From: Elainellaceae cyanobacterium
GTDB taxonomy: Bacteria; Cyanobacteriota; Cyanobacteriia; CAZCXK01
NCBI GenBank assembly: GCA_051117555.1
Contig: JBNPEG010000210.1
Location: forward strand, 1 to 26,914
Direction: 5' to 3'
Length of the DNA stretch: 26,914 bases
The notes beneath the pieces were generated by a model. That model did no database searches, had not been told where the DNA came from, and was given only the letters and a program-made list of their open reading frames with translations. Shown in pieces: positions 8,302-17,951 of the stretch. Position numbers and translations under genes: made by a program. Each line of letters opens with the position of its first letter. Position 1 is the stretch's first letter.

Positions 8302-8425
8302 AGGGGCCGTAAAGAAACAACTTCACGGTTTGATTGAGCCGTAGGTGCTGTATAGCCTTTCAGGCATGGCTACGCTAACGCGTCAGCGCAACGCACTACC
8401 ATGAGGTTATTTTTTAACAAGCCCT
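8302..8425. mobile_element. MITE-like element with an internal REP-like hairpin, copy 1
   Basis: Near-identical to 21171-21290. Imperfect ~27-bp terminal inverted repeats with CTAA on both flanks. Confidence 0.7.
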
Positions 8426-9515
8426 AAGCTGTCTGGAAGGATTTCTCTTGAATTGAACCGTCAAATACGTCATCAATCAGATCAGTTTGCTCAGGGGTTA
8501 GATACCCCAAATCAACGAGATAGCCCACGCCATTTTTCAGGCTTTGAACCGCTTCATCATCCATTACAGGCTGAGGAACCTGACGATTGAGCGCCACCGA
8601 AAGGATATCGGCCTCAGACCCATACACGGGCACCAAATCGGCGATCGCAGACTCATAATCCGCTTCGAGCATGGCAGCAGATTGGCGCAGAACGGCTAGA
8701 TAGTCTGCCAGCAAATTCGGCTCCTTGCCCATAAAGCTATCCGTTGACGTAATCACACAATCGGATGCTTCAGGTCCCCAAGCCCCGTTAGAATCGCCCA
8801 GATAGGTGCCACCCGACTGCGCCACCACGCTTTGGGCATAGGGTTGAGCCAGTGAACAAACATCCGCAGTGCCTTGAATCAGCGCTTCTCCCATGCCGAC
8901 CATACTCGGGAAGAAAGTCATTTCGTAGTTGCTGTAGTCAACCCCGAGTTTCTTAAGGTGACCAAAGACCACTAGCTCTAGCGTATCCAGTTGCAATGTA
9001 CCGATTCTCAACCCCTGTCCTGCCGCGCTAGCCAACTCTTCTAGCGACGAAACCGAACCATCACGAGCAACCAACTCAATACCTGCTTTACCAGAACCGG
9101 AGATAATCTTGAGCTGTTCGGTGCCGTCTGCATAGGCTGCAACAGTATTCGTCCAGGGATTGTGAATGACATCTTGAGCACCTGCAACTAGAGCCTGCAA
9201 GTTTTCGCCAGGACCATTGAACTGAGTCAACTCAACGTTCAACCCGGCCTCCCGAAATAGCCCCCGCTTATTGGCCAGCAGCAAATGGGATACGCAGCCT
9301 GCCGGAAGATGCCCCACTCGCAGTGTCACCTTACTGTCTGAATTCGATGATGCATTACTGTCAGTAGCTCCAGCATCTGCTGACTCCTGCCGATTACTAC
9401 AGCCTACGCTGGCCCAAAATGCCAGAGACGCGAGGCAGCAGCCTCGAATAAACCCTCGTCGATTCACCGTAATTGGATGGCTGGCAGAGTTAAAAACGCT
9501 ATCAAATCTAGCCAT
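8424..9515 (-). CDS. ABC transporter substrate-binding lipoprotein (NMT1/SsuA-like), system 1
   Basis: Twin-arginine NRRGFI, lipobox-like SVGC, LRVG, G.F.EAGLNVEL..F, adjacent to permease and ATPase. Confidence 0.9.
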   Translation of the reverse strand: MARFDSVFNSASHPITVNRRGFIRGCCLASLAFWASVGCSNRQESADAGATDSNASSNSDSKVTLRVGHLPAGCVSHLLLANKRGLFREAGLNVELTQFNGPGENLQALVAGAQDVIHNPWTNTVAAYADGTEQLKIISGSGKAGIELVARDGSVSSLEELASAAGQGLRIGTLQLDTLELVVFGHLKKLGVDYSNYEMTFFPSMVGMGEALIQGTADVCSLAQPYAQSVVAQSGGTYLGDSNGAWGPEASDCVITSTDSFMGKEPNLLADYLAVLRQSAAMLEADYESAIADLVPVYGSEADILSVALNRQVPQPVMDDEAVQSLKNGVGYLVDLGYLTPEQTDLIDDVFDGSIQEKSFQTA

Positions 9516-9796
9516 TCTAGACGCTCCTTTAATTTGACTTGTAGTGCCGAGTTATAACGCTAGGGAATACGTGACCGATCGATTTAGGGAATTTCTCAAA
9601 GAGCACTTTGATAACGGAACAGTCCAAATTCAACGTATCTTTAATGCTTGAAATTAATCGGAATTTCCTACGGATAACTTAATCGGATAATTTAATCCGC
9701 CGCTTAATCAGCTAGGGTATTTTGATGCTTTCACAGTGTTAGTAGATATTACGATCAAAATACAGGAGAGCAATACATGAACCTTCAATTTCGAGA

Positions 9797-9867
9797 ATAA
9801 TATTCAATTCAAATATGGAAAGTTGTCACGTAAGCTACAAAAATATAACGACTGGTCTACTTATACT
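9797..9867. promoter_or_regulatory. Divergent promoter region: NtcA-like site, two -10 boxes and a TetR operator candidate
   Basis: TGTCACGTAAGCTACA (GTC-N8-TAC, 9825-9838). TATACT at 9862 (+ strand, 23-nt spacer). TATTAT at 9802-9797 (- strand, 22-nt spacer). AATATAACGACTGGTCTA at 9842-9859. Confidence 0.6.
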
Positions 9868-9902
9868 AAAAAAACTAAATCCCGTAATAATTCATTGTTT
9901 AA

Positions 9903-9994
9903 TATAGCAATCCTAAATCGCTTGTGAATTGTGTGTGAGTGGTGGGACGGGTGCCGCCCGCCTCACCACTCACCACCCATCTGGGATTGCTATA
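9903..9994. mobile_element. MITE/short dispersed repeat, TATAGCAATCC..GGATTGCTATA family, copy 1
   Basis: 11-bp terminal inverted repeat ending in TATA, internal hairpin, homologous to 14299-14378 and 21330-21417. Confidence 0.8.
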
Positions 9995-10032
9995 TCGAAT
10001 AGACTTACATCTCGAATAGACCCATTTTTTGC

Positions 10033-10659
10033 ATGAAACGCTCTAAATCGCATACCAAAGCTCGCATGTTAGAAACCACCATTTCATTGATTGAATTACA
10101 GGGCTATCACGCGACGGGGCTGAATCAAATTGTTCAAGAAAGTTCGACTCCGAAAGGGTCGCTCTATTTTCATTTTCCAGAGGGGAAAGAACAGCTCGCT
10201 GCCGAAGCCATTCTTCTGGCAGGCAAGCAGGTAAAGAGAAAGGTAGAACAGGCTCTGCAATCTAGCGACAATTTGGGGACGGCCATGAAGTCGTTTGTAT
10301 TGGCGATCGCCCGCGAACTGGAAACATCTGACTTTCGCAAAGGGTGTCCTATTGCCACCGTTGCAATGGAAGCTTCTGCAACCCATGACAAGCTCCGCCA
10401 AGCGTGCGAAGCGGTCTATTCATCCTGGTTTGAGCTTGTCTATCAGCGTTTTATTACCTCCGGGTTTGACCCTGCTGAGACCGAATCTTGGACTCTATTT
10501 ATCTGGTCGGCTGTGGAAGGGAGTTTACTTCTCAGCCGCAACCGTCGCAGCACTAAACCGCTAGAGACAGTGGCAAATCAGCTTGAGATACTGCTTTCTC
10601 AGCTCGTCTGTTTGAATTCTGAAGATACCAATATCGATGCCAATGCAGCAGACCTTTGA
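10033..10659 (+). CDS. TetR/AcrR family regulator (LmrA/YxaF-like)
   Basis: QGYHATGLNQIV.ES.TPKGSLYFHFP.GKEQLA and GCPIATVA.E are typical of the LmrA/YxaF subgroup. Confidence 0.93.
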   Translation: MKRSKSHTKARMLETTISLIELQGYHATGLNQIVQESSTPKGSLYFHFPEGKEQLAAEAILLAGKQVKRKVEQALQSSDNLGTAMKSFVLAIARELETSDFRKGCPIATVAMEASATHDKLRQACEAVYSSWFELVYQRFITSGFDPAETESWTLFIWSAVEGSLLLSRNRRSTKPLETVANQLEILLSQLVCLNSEDTNIDANAADL

Positions 10660-10714
10660 ATATTCAGCATCTCTTGCTATCACACTTATCCTGCTTATCA
10701 CACAATGATTGATC

Positions 10715-11701
10715 ATGGCTCATCATACTCTCAGCGCAACGTGTGACACTGTTCACTATGGCGGCTTTTCCTCTAGCCTTCCTCCTGTTTTAGGGATTAA
10801 TTCTGGCGATACGATTGATGTCGAAACCTTTTCAGGATTTAAGCTCTATCACAATGCACCTAAAGAGTTTGTGCCGCCTGAATTTCTCGATATCTGCTTA
10901 AACCTTCCACCTGAGCGAGAAGTCGGAGAAGGGCCACATTTGATGACCGGACCTATCTGGGTCAACGGTGCCGAACCGGGAGATGTATTAGAAATTCGGT
11001 TGCACTCGATCACACCTCGATTGCCTGTTGGCTTCAATGCAATTCGTCCAGGGTGGGGCGCATTGACCGAGCGGTTTGGTGAAGGGCATCTTAGATTTGT
11101 GCATCTAGATTTGGAACAGGGAGTCGCTGAATTTCCAGAAGGAAGCGGCATTAAAATCCCGATTCGACCTATTTTCGGCATTCTGGGAGTCGCAACCCCG
11201 GATACCCGCAGCTCTATCCCTCCAGGAGTCTATGGGGGAAACATTGATAATCCAGAATTAACGGCAGGCTCAACGCTATTCTTGCCCATCTTCATGCCCG
11301 GTGCTTTATTTTCGATTGGGGATGGTCATGCGGCTCAAGGGGATGGTGAGGTCTGCGGCACCGCAATTGAAACCTCAATGAATGGCACGATCGAATTGCG
11401 GCTCCGCAAAGACATGAGTCTCAAAACCCCCTTCGCAGAAACTCCAACCGACATCATCACTACAGGCTATGCGCCAACCTTGGATGAAGCCTTGCAGATT
11501 GCGCTACACAGCATGGTGGATTTTATTGTGGCGATCGCCCCCATTACAGAGAAGGAAGCCTACTGTCTGTGCAGCATGAGCGCCAATTTCCGAGTGACTC
11601 AGGTTGTAAATAGCCCCCAAAAAGGGGTTCATGGGCTACTGCCCAAATCCCTGTTTGATCAGGATATTAGCTTGTCTCAGCGAGAACGAATCGGTGTTTG
11701 A
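10715..11701 (+). CDS. Acetamidase/formamidase family protein
   Basis: GPHLMTGPIWVNGAEPGD, GGNID, GDGHAAQGDGEVCGTAIE. Confidence 0.93.
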   Translation: MAHHTLSATCDTVHYGGFSSSLPPVLGINSGDTIDVETFSGFKLYHNAPKEFVPPEFLDICLNLPPEREVGEGPHLMTGPIWVNGAEPGDVLEIRLHSITPRLPVGFNAIRPGWGALTERFGEGHLRFVHLDLEQGVAEFPEGSGIKIPIRPIFGILGVATPDTRSSIPPGVYGGNIDNPELTAGSTLFLPIFMPGALFSIGDGHAAQGDGEVCGTAIETSMNGTIELRLRKDMSLKTPFAETPTDIITTGYAPTLDEALQIALHSMVDFIVAIAPITEKEAYCLCSMSANFRVTQVVNSPQKGVHGLLPKSLFDQDISLSQRERIGV

Positions 11702-11739
11702 TTTTAATGTTTTGAAAATTAAGACCCTGAGGTTTAGTC

Positions 11740-12954
11740 ATGACATCTGTTTTAACTGACGTCAAAAAAGCGTATGTAATTCAAACCGATGATGAGGCCA
11801 TTCAAATTGCGAAGGAAGTGGCGGCAGAATTTTCTACGACTGCGTCTCAGCGTGACATGGAGCGGATTATGCCCTATGAGGAAGTTGAAACACTCTCACA
11901 GGCTGGGCTGACTGCCATTACAGTGCCTAAAGAGTATGGAGGCGCAGGGGTTTCCAATGTGACGATTGCGGAAGTCACCAAGATTCTATCCTCCGGAGAT
12001 TCGAGCCTGGGGCAAATTCCGCAAAATCACCTGTATCTCGTCGAAGCACTGAAGCTAGACGGCACGGATGAGCAAAAGCAGTTTTTCTTTAGTGAAGTAT
12101 TGCAAGGAAAGCGATTTGGCAATGCGTTCTCTGAACGCGGCAATAAAAATGTCAATGATATTCGTACCCGCCTAGAGCGGTCAGAGTCAGGCTATGTCAT
12201 TAATGGACGCAAGTACTACTCGACGGGTGCGCTGTTTGCTCACTGGATACCCGTGTTATGCATGCATGAGGTAGATGGCAAAGACAAGTCATTTGTGGCG
12301 TTTGTTGACCGAAACGGGCCTGGGGTAGAAGTAATTGATGATTGGGCATGTTTTGGTCAAAAAGCAACCGGAAGCGGGTCGTCTGTGTTCACCAATGCTC
12401 CAGTCAAAGATGAGCATCTGCTTCCCCATTACTTAGCCTTTGATCGTCCTACGCCGATGGGCCCATTTTCTCAAATCCTGCATGCAGCGGTTGATGTGGG
12501 GATTGCCGATTCAGCCTTTAAGGAGGCCGTGAAATTTGTCCAAGGTAATCCAAAACCCTGGATTGATAGCGGAGTTGAGCATAACTTTGAAGATCCGCTG
12601 TTAATTCACAAGTTTGGTGAAATGGCGTTGAAACTTCATTCGGCAGAAGCCATCTTGCGCCGATCGGGTGAATATATTGACCGCGCAATGATAGATATGA
12701 CGGCAGACACAGTGGCTGAGGCGTCCATTGCGGTGGCTGAGGCAAAGGCGATCGCCGAGGACGCTGCCATATTTATTGCCAATGGGCTATTTGAAGTCAG
12801 CGGCACCCGATCAACATTAGATAAGCTCAATTTAGACCGGCATTGGCGTAATGCACGCGCGCATACTCTGCACGATCCGTCTCGTTGGAAGTATTACGCA
12901 GTCGGGAATTTTTATCTCAATGGCGTGAACCCTCCCCGCCATAGTTATATTTAA
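11740..12954 (+). CDS. SfnB/DszC-like acyl-CoA-dehydrogenase-fold flavin-dependent oxidoreductase
   Basis: SLGQIPQNH, GNAFSE, NG.KYYSTGALFAHW, DDW..FGQ..T.SG, LDRHWRNAR.HTLHDP.RWKY..G...LNG..PP.H. Confidence 0.9.
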   Translation: MTSVLTDVKKAYVIQTDDEAIQIAKEVAAEFSTTASQRDMERIMPYEEVETLSQAGLTAITVPKEYGGAGVSNVTIAEVTKILSSGDSSLGQIPQNHLYLVEALKLDGTDEQKQFFFSEVLQGKRFGNAFSERGNKNVNDIRTRLERSESGYVINGRKYYSTGALFAHWIPVLCMHEVDGKDKSFVAFVDRNGPGVEVIDDWACFGQKATGSGSSVFTNAPVKDEHLLPHYLAFDRPTPMGPFSQILHAAVDVGIADSAFKEAVKFVQGNPKPWIDSGVEHNFEDPLLIHKFGEMALKLHSAEAILRRSGEYIDRAMIDMTADTVAEASIAVAEAKAIAEDAAIFIANGLFEVSGTRSTLDKLNLDRHWRNARAHTLHDPSRWKYYAVGNFYLNGVNPPRHSYI

Positions 12955-12995
12955 AGGAATTGAGGTAACGGTAATAAGGGACTTATATAGATGGT

Positions 12996-13045
12996 GGAAG
13001 AGGGGCGATCGCCTGTCTAAGCAACGCGTGTATCGCCCCTCTTCC
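12996..13045. terminator. 14-bp stem-loop between convergent genes; possible bidirectional terminator or REP-like hairpin
   Basis: GGAAGAGGGGCGAT (12996-13009) pairs perfectly with ATCGCCCCTCTTCC (13032-13045). Confidence 0.6.
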
Positions 13046-13077
13046 CCCCTGATCGTCGTCTATTAAGTGCCTCCTTT

Positions 13078-14157
13078 CTATGCACTCTCCTGAACCGCTT
13101 GCACATATTCGGGCATCAGAAGTGTTTCGATATTACCGGGGGGTTCTGAAATCTGACCTTGCTCTGTGAGAAACTCGCCCAAGTCGTTCATGTGTTTGGC
13201 CAAATAAATATCGCTGTCAGGGTTACTTAACATTTCGATATTTTTCTCCAGGCTAGTTAAATCGACGCCTTTGAGTTCTTCTTCTACCTCTTCTGGCGTT
13301 AATTCGAGGCGATCGCCTGCAATTTTCAGGGCTTCATCTGGGTTGGTGTTCAAAAACTCAATCGCTTTGAAAATGCCTTTAACATAGGCTTCCATAGCTC
13401 CTGGATTGTTCTGAGCAAACTCAGTGTTAAAGATGTAGACATCCACAATAGCGGTGGGCATTTGAGAGGTGTCGTAGATGATGCGGCCATCCGAACGGGC
13501 ATCACTGGCTTGTTTCAAGAACGGCGAATAGGTCACGGCAATATCCACCTGTTTTGCCTGGTAGGCAGCCGCTGCTGCATCTGGGGTGACGTTGAGCAAG
13601 GTAATATCCTCGGCTGTCAGACCCGCCTCTTGCAAAACTTGCAGCAGAAAGAAATGGCTAACGCCCCCTTCTTCAACGGCAATTTCTTTGCCTGCAAAGT
13701 CAGCAATGTCTTGAATGCCATCGCTCGCCAGAATGCCGTCTCCTCCCAAGGAGGTGTCTGCAACTTGAATGACTCGATAGTCTTGCCCTTTTGCGGCTAA
13801 GGCGACGGCTTCGGATGTGACATTATTTTGCCCTTGCATTTGCCCAGAAGCAAAGGCTGCATCTGCTTCGACGCTGCCGCTAAAAACGTTATAGCTCAGG
13901 TCTAATCCCCCTTCTTCAAAAAATCCCTTCTCTAATGCGATGTAGAGGGGGGTGTAGCCAATCCAAAGGGTGCTGCCTGTGGTCGCAGATACCATTTCAG
14001 ATGAAGCAGTATCGGTTGAACCATCTGATGAACCGTCTGATGAAGCCGATGTTGTTTCATTTGGCTGAGCGCAAGCATGGAGTGCAAGCCCGCCGGTTAA
14101 GCCCCCCATCAGCCAGAGTGCGCGGCGACGAGTCAATCTCTTGGGCAATCGATACAT
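13078..14157 (-). CDS. ABC transporter substrate-binding lipoprotein (NMT1/SsuA-like), system 2
   Basis: Tat motif TRRRAL, lipobox LHAC, WIGYTPLYIA.EKGFF, D.S.GGDGI, GK.IAVE.G.VSHFFL. Confidence 0.92.
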   Translation of the reverse strand: MYRLPKRLTRRRALWLMGGLTGGLALHACAQPNETTSASSDGSSDGSTDTASSEMVSATTGSTLWIGYTPLYIALEKGFFEEGGLDLSYNVFSGSVEADAAFASGQMQGQNNVTSEAVALAAKGQDYRVIQVADTSLGGDGILASDGIQDIADFAGKEIAVEEGGVSHFFLLQVLQEAGLTAEDITLLNVTPDAAAAAYQAKQVDIAVTYSPFLKQASDARSDGRIIYDTSQMPTAIVDVYIFNTEFAQNNPGAMEAYVKGIFKAIEFLNTNPDEALKIAGDRLELTPEEVEEELKGVDLTSLEKNIEMLSNPDSDIYLAKHMNDLGEFLTEQGQISEPPGNIETLLMPEYVQAVQESA

Positions 14158-14218
14158 AAGTGAATCATTCCTGATTAATACGGGTTTCCATCATTAAACC
14201 GCGCTAGGACAGAGAAGA

Positions 14219-14234
14219 TGTGGAGTAGGATACA
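14219..14234. promoter_or_regulatory. NtcA-like site between the divergent SBP and Rieske 2 genes
   Basis: TGTGGAGTAGGATACA fits TGT-N10-ACA (GTG-N8-TAC). No perfect -10 at the canonical spacing. Confidence 0.4.
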
Positions 14235-14298
14235 GTTCAATTCAAGAAATCGAAATAGTTAGATGTAGTAGACCTATATCATCTCATTAGTTGCATAT

Positions 14299-14378
14299 TA
14301 TAGCGATCCTAAATCGCTTGTAAATTGTGTGTGAGCGGTGGGGCGATCGCTGCTCACACCCCATCTGGGATTGCTATA
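14299..14378. mobile_element. MITE/short dispersed repeat, TATAGCRATCC family, copy 2
   Basis: TATAGCGATCCTAAATCGCTTGT...CCATCTGGGATTGCTATA. Confidence 0.8.
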
Positions 14379-14449
14379 TCTACGCAGTATTTTGGCGATC
14401 GCCCCGCACCTAATTCTCCAACAATACGCCCACACCTATTTCCACACAT

Positions 14450-15559
14450 ATGCCCATGAATTTCTTAGAGACTTGGAAGCCTCAATCTCTATCTCAAGAA
14501 GCGACCACGTTTCCATCGGAGATGTATGTCTCCGAAGCCATTTATCGATTGGAACAAGGGCAAATTTTCGGCAAGACCTGGTGTTACGTAGGTCATATGA
14601 GTCAGCTTCAAGGGAACGGTTCATACTTCACCGTCGAGATTGCCGAACAGCCACTGATTATTTTGAAAACTCAAACAGGAGAGCTACGCGGATTTTTTAA
14701 TATCTGTCCCCATCGCGCTGGCCCTGTCGCATCAGGCAGCGGCACCTGTCGGCGTTTGGCGTGTCTCTATCATGCCTGGAGCTTTGATTTAAACGGCAAT
14801 CTGCGAGGGCTTCCCGATATGGACGCCGCTGAGAATTTTGACGTAGAGCAGCACGCCTTGACTCCCATTCAGGTCGATCACTGGGGGCCGTTTATCTTTG
14901 TCAACCTAGACCCCAAGGCGGCGCCCTTGTCAGATCAATTAGGAGAACTGCCCGATCTCTTTAAAAACTATCGCTTTGATAGCTGGGCACGAGTCCATAG
15001 CGTCGATTATTGGACCGATACCAACTGGAAACTCTACGTTGAAAATAATGTTGAAAGCTATCACGAGTTTTCAGTTCATGCCAGCATTGCCAAATACTAC
15101 AAAGCGACCACTGCCGAGGCGCGGCACTATTACTATCTCCAATATGCGCCTCTTCCCCATGACGATGAAACCTATCAAGCCATGTCCCCTGAGCAGTGTT
15201 TTACTGGGCTAGGAGACGCTGAGAAATATGGCAAATGGACGGTGAGCTTTTTTCCTAATTTTGCTTGGATTATTCGTCCGTGGATTGCCATTATTTACCT
15301 GATTGACCCCAGGGGGCGATCGCGCACTCGCATCCGCTGGGATTGGTTAGTGCCCGACACACCCGCTGCCAAATCACCTGAACATGTCCAATCTCTAGTT
15401 GATTTCTTCGACACAATTCAGCAGGAAGATCTGCGGCTATTGCCCCATATTCAAGCGCGCATTCAATCGATGGGCTATCGTCCGGGTCGCCTTTCTCCGA
15501 CCCGTGAAGTTGGGACTCATCGATTTCAGGAGGTGGTGATGCAACACTTGCAACAGTAG
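14450..15559 (+). CDS. Rieske non-heme iron oxygenase alpha subunit (choline monooxygenase-like), copy 2
   Basis: NICPHR...CLYHAW; NWKLYVENNVESYHEFSVH; QQED. Confidence 0.93.
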   Translation: MPMNFLETWKPQSLSQEATTFPSEMYVSEAIYRLEQGQIFGKTWCYVGHMSQLQGNGSYFTVEIAEQPLIILKTQTGELRGFFNICPHRAGPVASGSGTCRRLACLYHAWSFDLNGNLRGLPDMDAAENFDVEQHALTPIQVDHWGPFIFVNLDPKAAPLSDQLGELPDLFKNYRFDSWARVHSVDYWTDTNWKLYVENNVESYHEFSVHASIAKYYKATTAEARHYYYLQYAPLPHDDETYQAMSPEQCFTGLGDAEKYGKWTVSFFPNFAWIIRPWIAIIYLIDPRGRSRTRIRWDWLVPDTPAAKSPEHVQSLVDFFDTIQQEDLRLLPHIQARIQSMGYRPGRLSPTREVGTHRFQEVVMQHLQQ

Positions 15560-15758
15560 AATGACCATCCCCTCCGACAAAGTAGATGGCTATAGGAGAC
15601 AATTCCTCTAGCTCATGCACTGGTGATGAATTTAATTGAATGATGGGCATGCTGCGCGTTGCTCGTCCCACGGGTTTGAAACTTAATTGCCGATATAGAC
15701 AGTAAAGACATCCGCGTTACAAACGGGTGTCAATCCTTCGATTAAACTAAATTACTAC

Positions 15759-15914
15759 TATAGCCCTACGAGCTTAGGTTTGTGTGGTGGTCCCCCGCGG
15801 CGCGGGGACTCACCCACGTTCAATAGCCCTACGGGCTTAGGTTTGTGTGGTGGTCCCCCGCGGCGCGGGGACTCACCCACGTTCAACGTCCTAACGCGAG
15901 AGCGTACGGCTATA
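15759..15914. mobile_element. MITE-like element (TATAGCC..GGCTATA ends) with an internal 63-bp tandem duplication
   Basis: ATAGCCCTACGRGCTTAGGTTTGTGTGGTGGTCCCCCGCGGCGCGGGGACTCACCCACGTTCA at 15760 and 15823 with one mismatch. The same left end recurs at 24154. Confidence 0.8.
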
Positions 15915-15966
15915 TTAAACACGTTCGAGTTTTGTAGTCATAACTAGAAATTAATGAGGGGATTGC

Positions 15967-16755
15967 ATGTCTATCATTGGCGTAATCGACAGCATCTGGC
16001 GTTATCCGGTCAAGAGCATGTGTGGTGAAAAGCTTGACGAAGTATTTGTCTCGTTTGCAGGGCTTATGGGCGATCGCACCTATGGCATTCTCAAAAGTAA
16101 CGGAAATCCAGGATTTCCGTGGCACACTGCCCGCGACCAAGAACCTCTGTTGCAATACAAACCGCGATATAAACACATAAGCGTGACCCTCAAGCCTCAA
16201 GCGCTTGAAGCTGCCCAGGCAATGGCACCTGGCATCAATTCGCCCTATCCAGAGGCAGACCAGTTTGCCGTCGAAGTAGAAACTCCCGACGGTACGGTTT
16301 ACGACATCGACAGCGAAGAATTTCTAGATCATCTGAAAACGCTAACTGGGAATGACACCTTGAGGCTGCACTTTACTCAAAAGAGTCAGTTTGACTGTCG
16401 CCCGCTTTCTCTCTTTTCGCTGCAAATGCGGGAAATGCTAACCGAAGAACTTGGAATCGCGATTGACGAGCGACGGTTTCGGGCGAACTTTTATGTAAAG
16501 TGGAACGACGATCACCCCCCCCTATATGATGCAGATTTAGTCGGCACGCGCTTAAAGATTGGCGACACACTAGAGATGACAGTTCTGGAGCGTGACCCAC
16601 GGTGCAAAATGATCACCCTCGACCCGGATACCTCAGAGGCTAATCCCGCCATCATTAAGCATGTGGCAAATGCCCATGAAGGCTATGCGGGAGTTTATGG
16701 AGCGGTATTGGTGGAAGGAGCAGTCAAAGCGGGTGATGCAATTGAGCGTTTGTAG
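15967..16755 (+). CDS. MOSC domain protein (MOSC_N plus MOSC; YcbX/mARC-like) with no fused ferredoxin
   Basis: IWRYPVKSM.GE, GL.GDR, D..PLSL, RRFRANF, RC.M (Moco Cys), GVYG.V...G.V..GD.I. Confidence 0.92.
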   Translation: MSIIGVIDSIWRYPVKSMCGEKLDEVFVSFAGLMGDRTYGILKSNGNPGFPWHTARDQEPLLQYKPRYKHISVTLKPQALEAAQAMAPGINSPYPEADQFAVEVETPDGTVYDIDSEEFLDHLKTLTGNDTLRLHFTQKSQFDCRPLSLFSLQMREMLTEELGIAIDERRFRANFYVKWNDDHPPLYDADLVGTRLKIGDTLEMTVLERDPRCKMITLDPDTSEANPAIIKHVANAHEGYAGVYGAVLVEGAVKAGDAIERL

Positions 16756-16802
16756 CTCTCAATCTCCTCAGATTCGGAAGGTTCAAGACCTTGTTGAATA
16801 CT

Positions 16803-17729
16803 TCACCCCACTACATTGATGGGCTGTCCTTGCAAACACGCCTTAATATTTGCAATCAGTTCTTGCCCAAGTCGTGCTGTTGCTTCGTGCGTATTGTAGG
16901 CAATATGAGGGGTTGCGACCACAGTAGGCAGCATCGATAATTCCATAATCTGGGCATTTGGGCCTTCTGTGATGGGTTCATTGTCAAAGACATCAAGAGC
17001 GGCTCCAGCAATCCGTTGGTGTTTCAAGACTTCGATTAATGCCTGCTGATCGATAATTGCCCCCCTCGCAGTATTAATCAAATACGCACTGGATTTCATC
17101 AATGCGAGTCGACGGGCATCTAAAAGATGATGAGTGGAAGAAGTCAGCGGCAGGTGCAGGCTCAAAATATCCGCGCTGGCAATCAATTGGTCGAGCCGCT
17201 CAGGTGAAGTATTTGATGATGCCCAATCAACGCTCATTCCCAACCCTTGTGCGAGCTGAGCGACCTGACGCCCTGTGTTGCCATAGCCAATTAGAACGAG
17301 GTGTTTTCCGCGCAGCTCTACTCCCTGATACTGATGCGGATTCCAACGGTTTTGTTGAATAGAGCGATGAGCCGCGATGATGTGGCGAGTCACAGCAAAC
17401 ATCAGACCAATGGTATATTCTGCGACGGCGTGAGCATTGTGATGTGGACAGTTGATGACGCGAATGCCTTGTTCTTGGGCGGCAAGTACGTCAATTTGGT
17501 CGTAGCCGACGGCAGGCACTACGATGTATTTCAAGTTGGGGCTGTTATGAATAATCGGGGCAGTAATATCAACCCAGCTTACTGTAATTAGCTCAGCTTT
17601 TGCGACGCGCCGGATAATATCTGACTCAGTTTGAGGGACATCTTCGTAGACGGTGACGTCGCCCAATCCGTTTAGTGTTTTCCAGTCTGCTTCTAGTAAA
17701 TCAATGTAGTCAGTGATGACAATATTCAT
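16803..17729 (-). CDS. D-isomer-specific 2-hydroxyacid dehydrogenase
   Basis: VGYDQID, AVAEY, GYGNTG, LHLPLT, INTARG, ALDVF..EP, TPHIA. Confidence 0.95.
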   Translation of the reverse strand: MNIVITDYIDLLEADWKTLNGLGDVTVYEDVPQTESDIIRRVAKAELITVSWVDITAPIIHNSPNLKYIVVPAVGYDQIDVLAAQEQGIRVINCPHHNAHAVAEYTIGLMFAVTRHIIAAHRSIQQNRWNPHQYQGVELRGKHLVLIGYGNTGRQVAQLAQGLGMSVDWASSNTSPERLDQLIASADILSLHLPLTSSTHHLLDARRLALMKSSAYLINTARGAIIDQQALIEVLKHQRIAGAALDVFDNEPITEGPNAQIMELSMLPTVVATPHIAYNTHEATARLGQELIANIKACLQGQPINVVG

Positions 17730-17769
17730 GGGAGCGATCAGAAGGGCGTTTTGAGAGCAAGGCTAAGCA

Positions 17770-17863
17770 TATAGCAGTATGCGCTTGAGTTAAGTACGGT
17801 GGTGCGGGGGCGGCGCGACCACCACCACCGTTTCTGTACTTGACGCAATTGAAAATTGCTAGA
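17770..17863. mobile_element. MITE-like element with imperfect terminal inverted repeats and an internal hairpin
   Basis: TATAGCAGTATGCGCTTGAGTTAAGTAC ... GTACTTGACGCAATTGAAAATTGCTAGA, internal CGGTGGTG/CACCACCG stem. The left end recurs inverted at about 24255-24274. Confidence 0.6.
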
Positions 17864-17951
17864 AGTAGTAACTCTTGAACCCGGTACGTTACGCTGCGCT
17901 AACGGCACCCTACCCAATGCACTATTCTAGCTATGCTACGCCACTACGTAT

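Noticed and set aside
15934..15947. NtcA site upstream of the MOSC gene
   Set aside because: GTA-N8-TAG is imperfect and too close to the start codon for a class II promoter.
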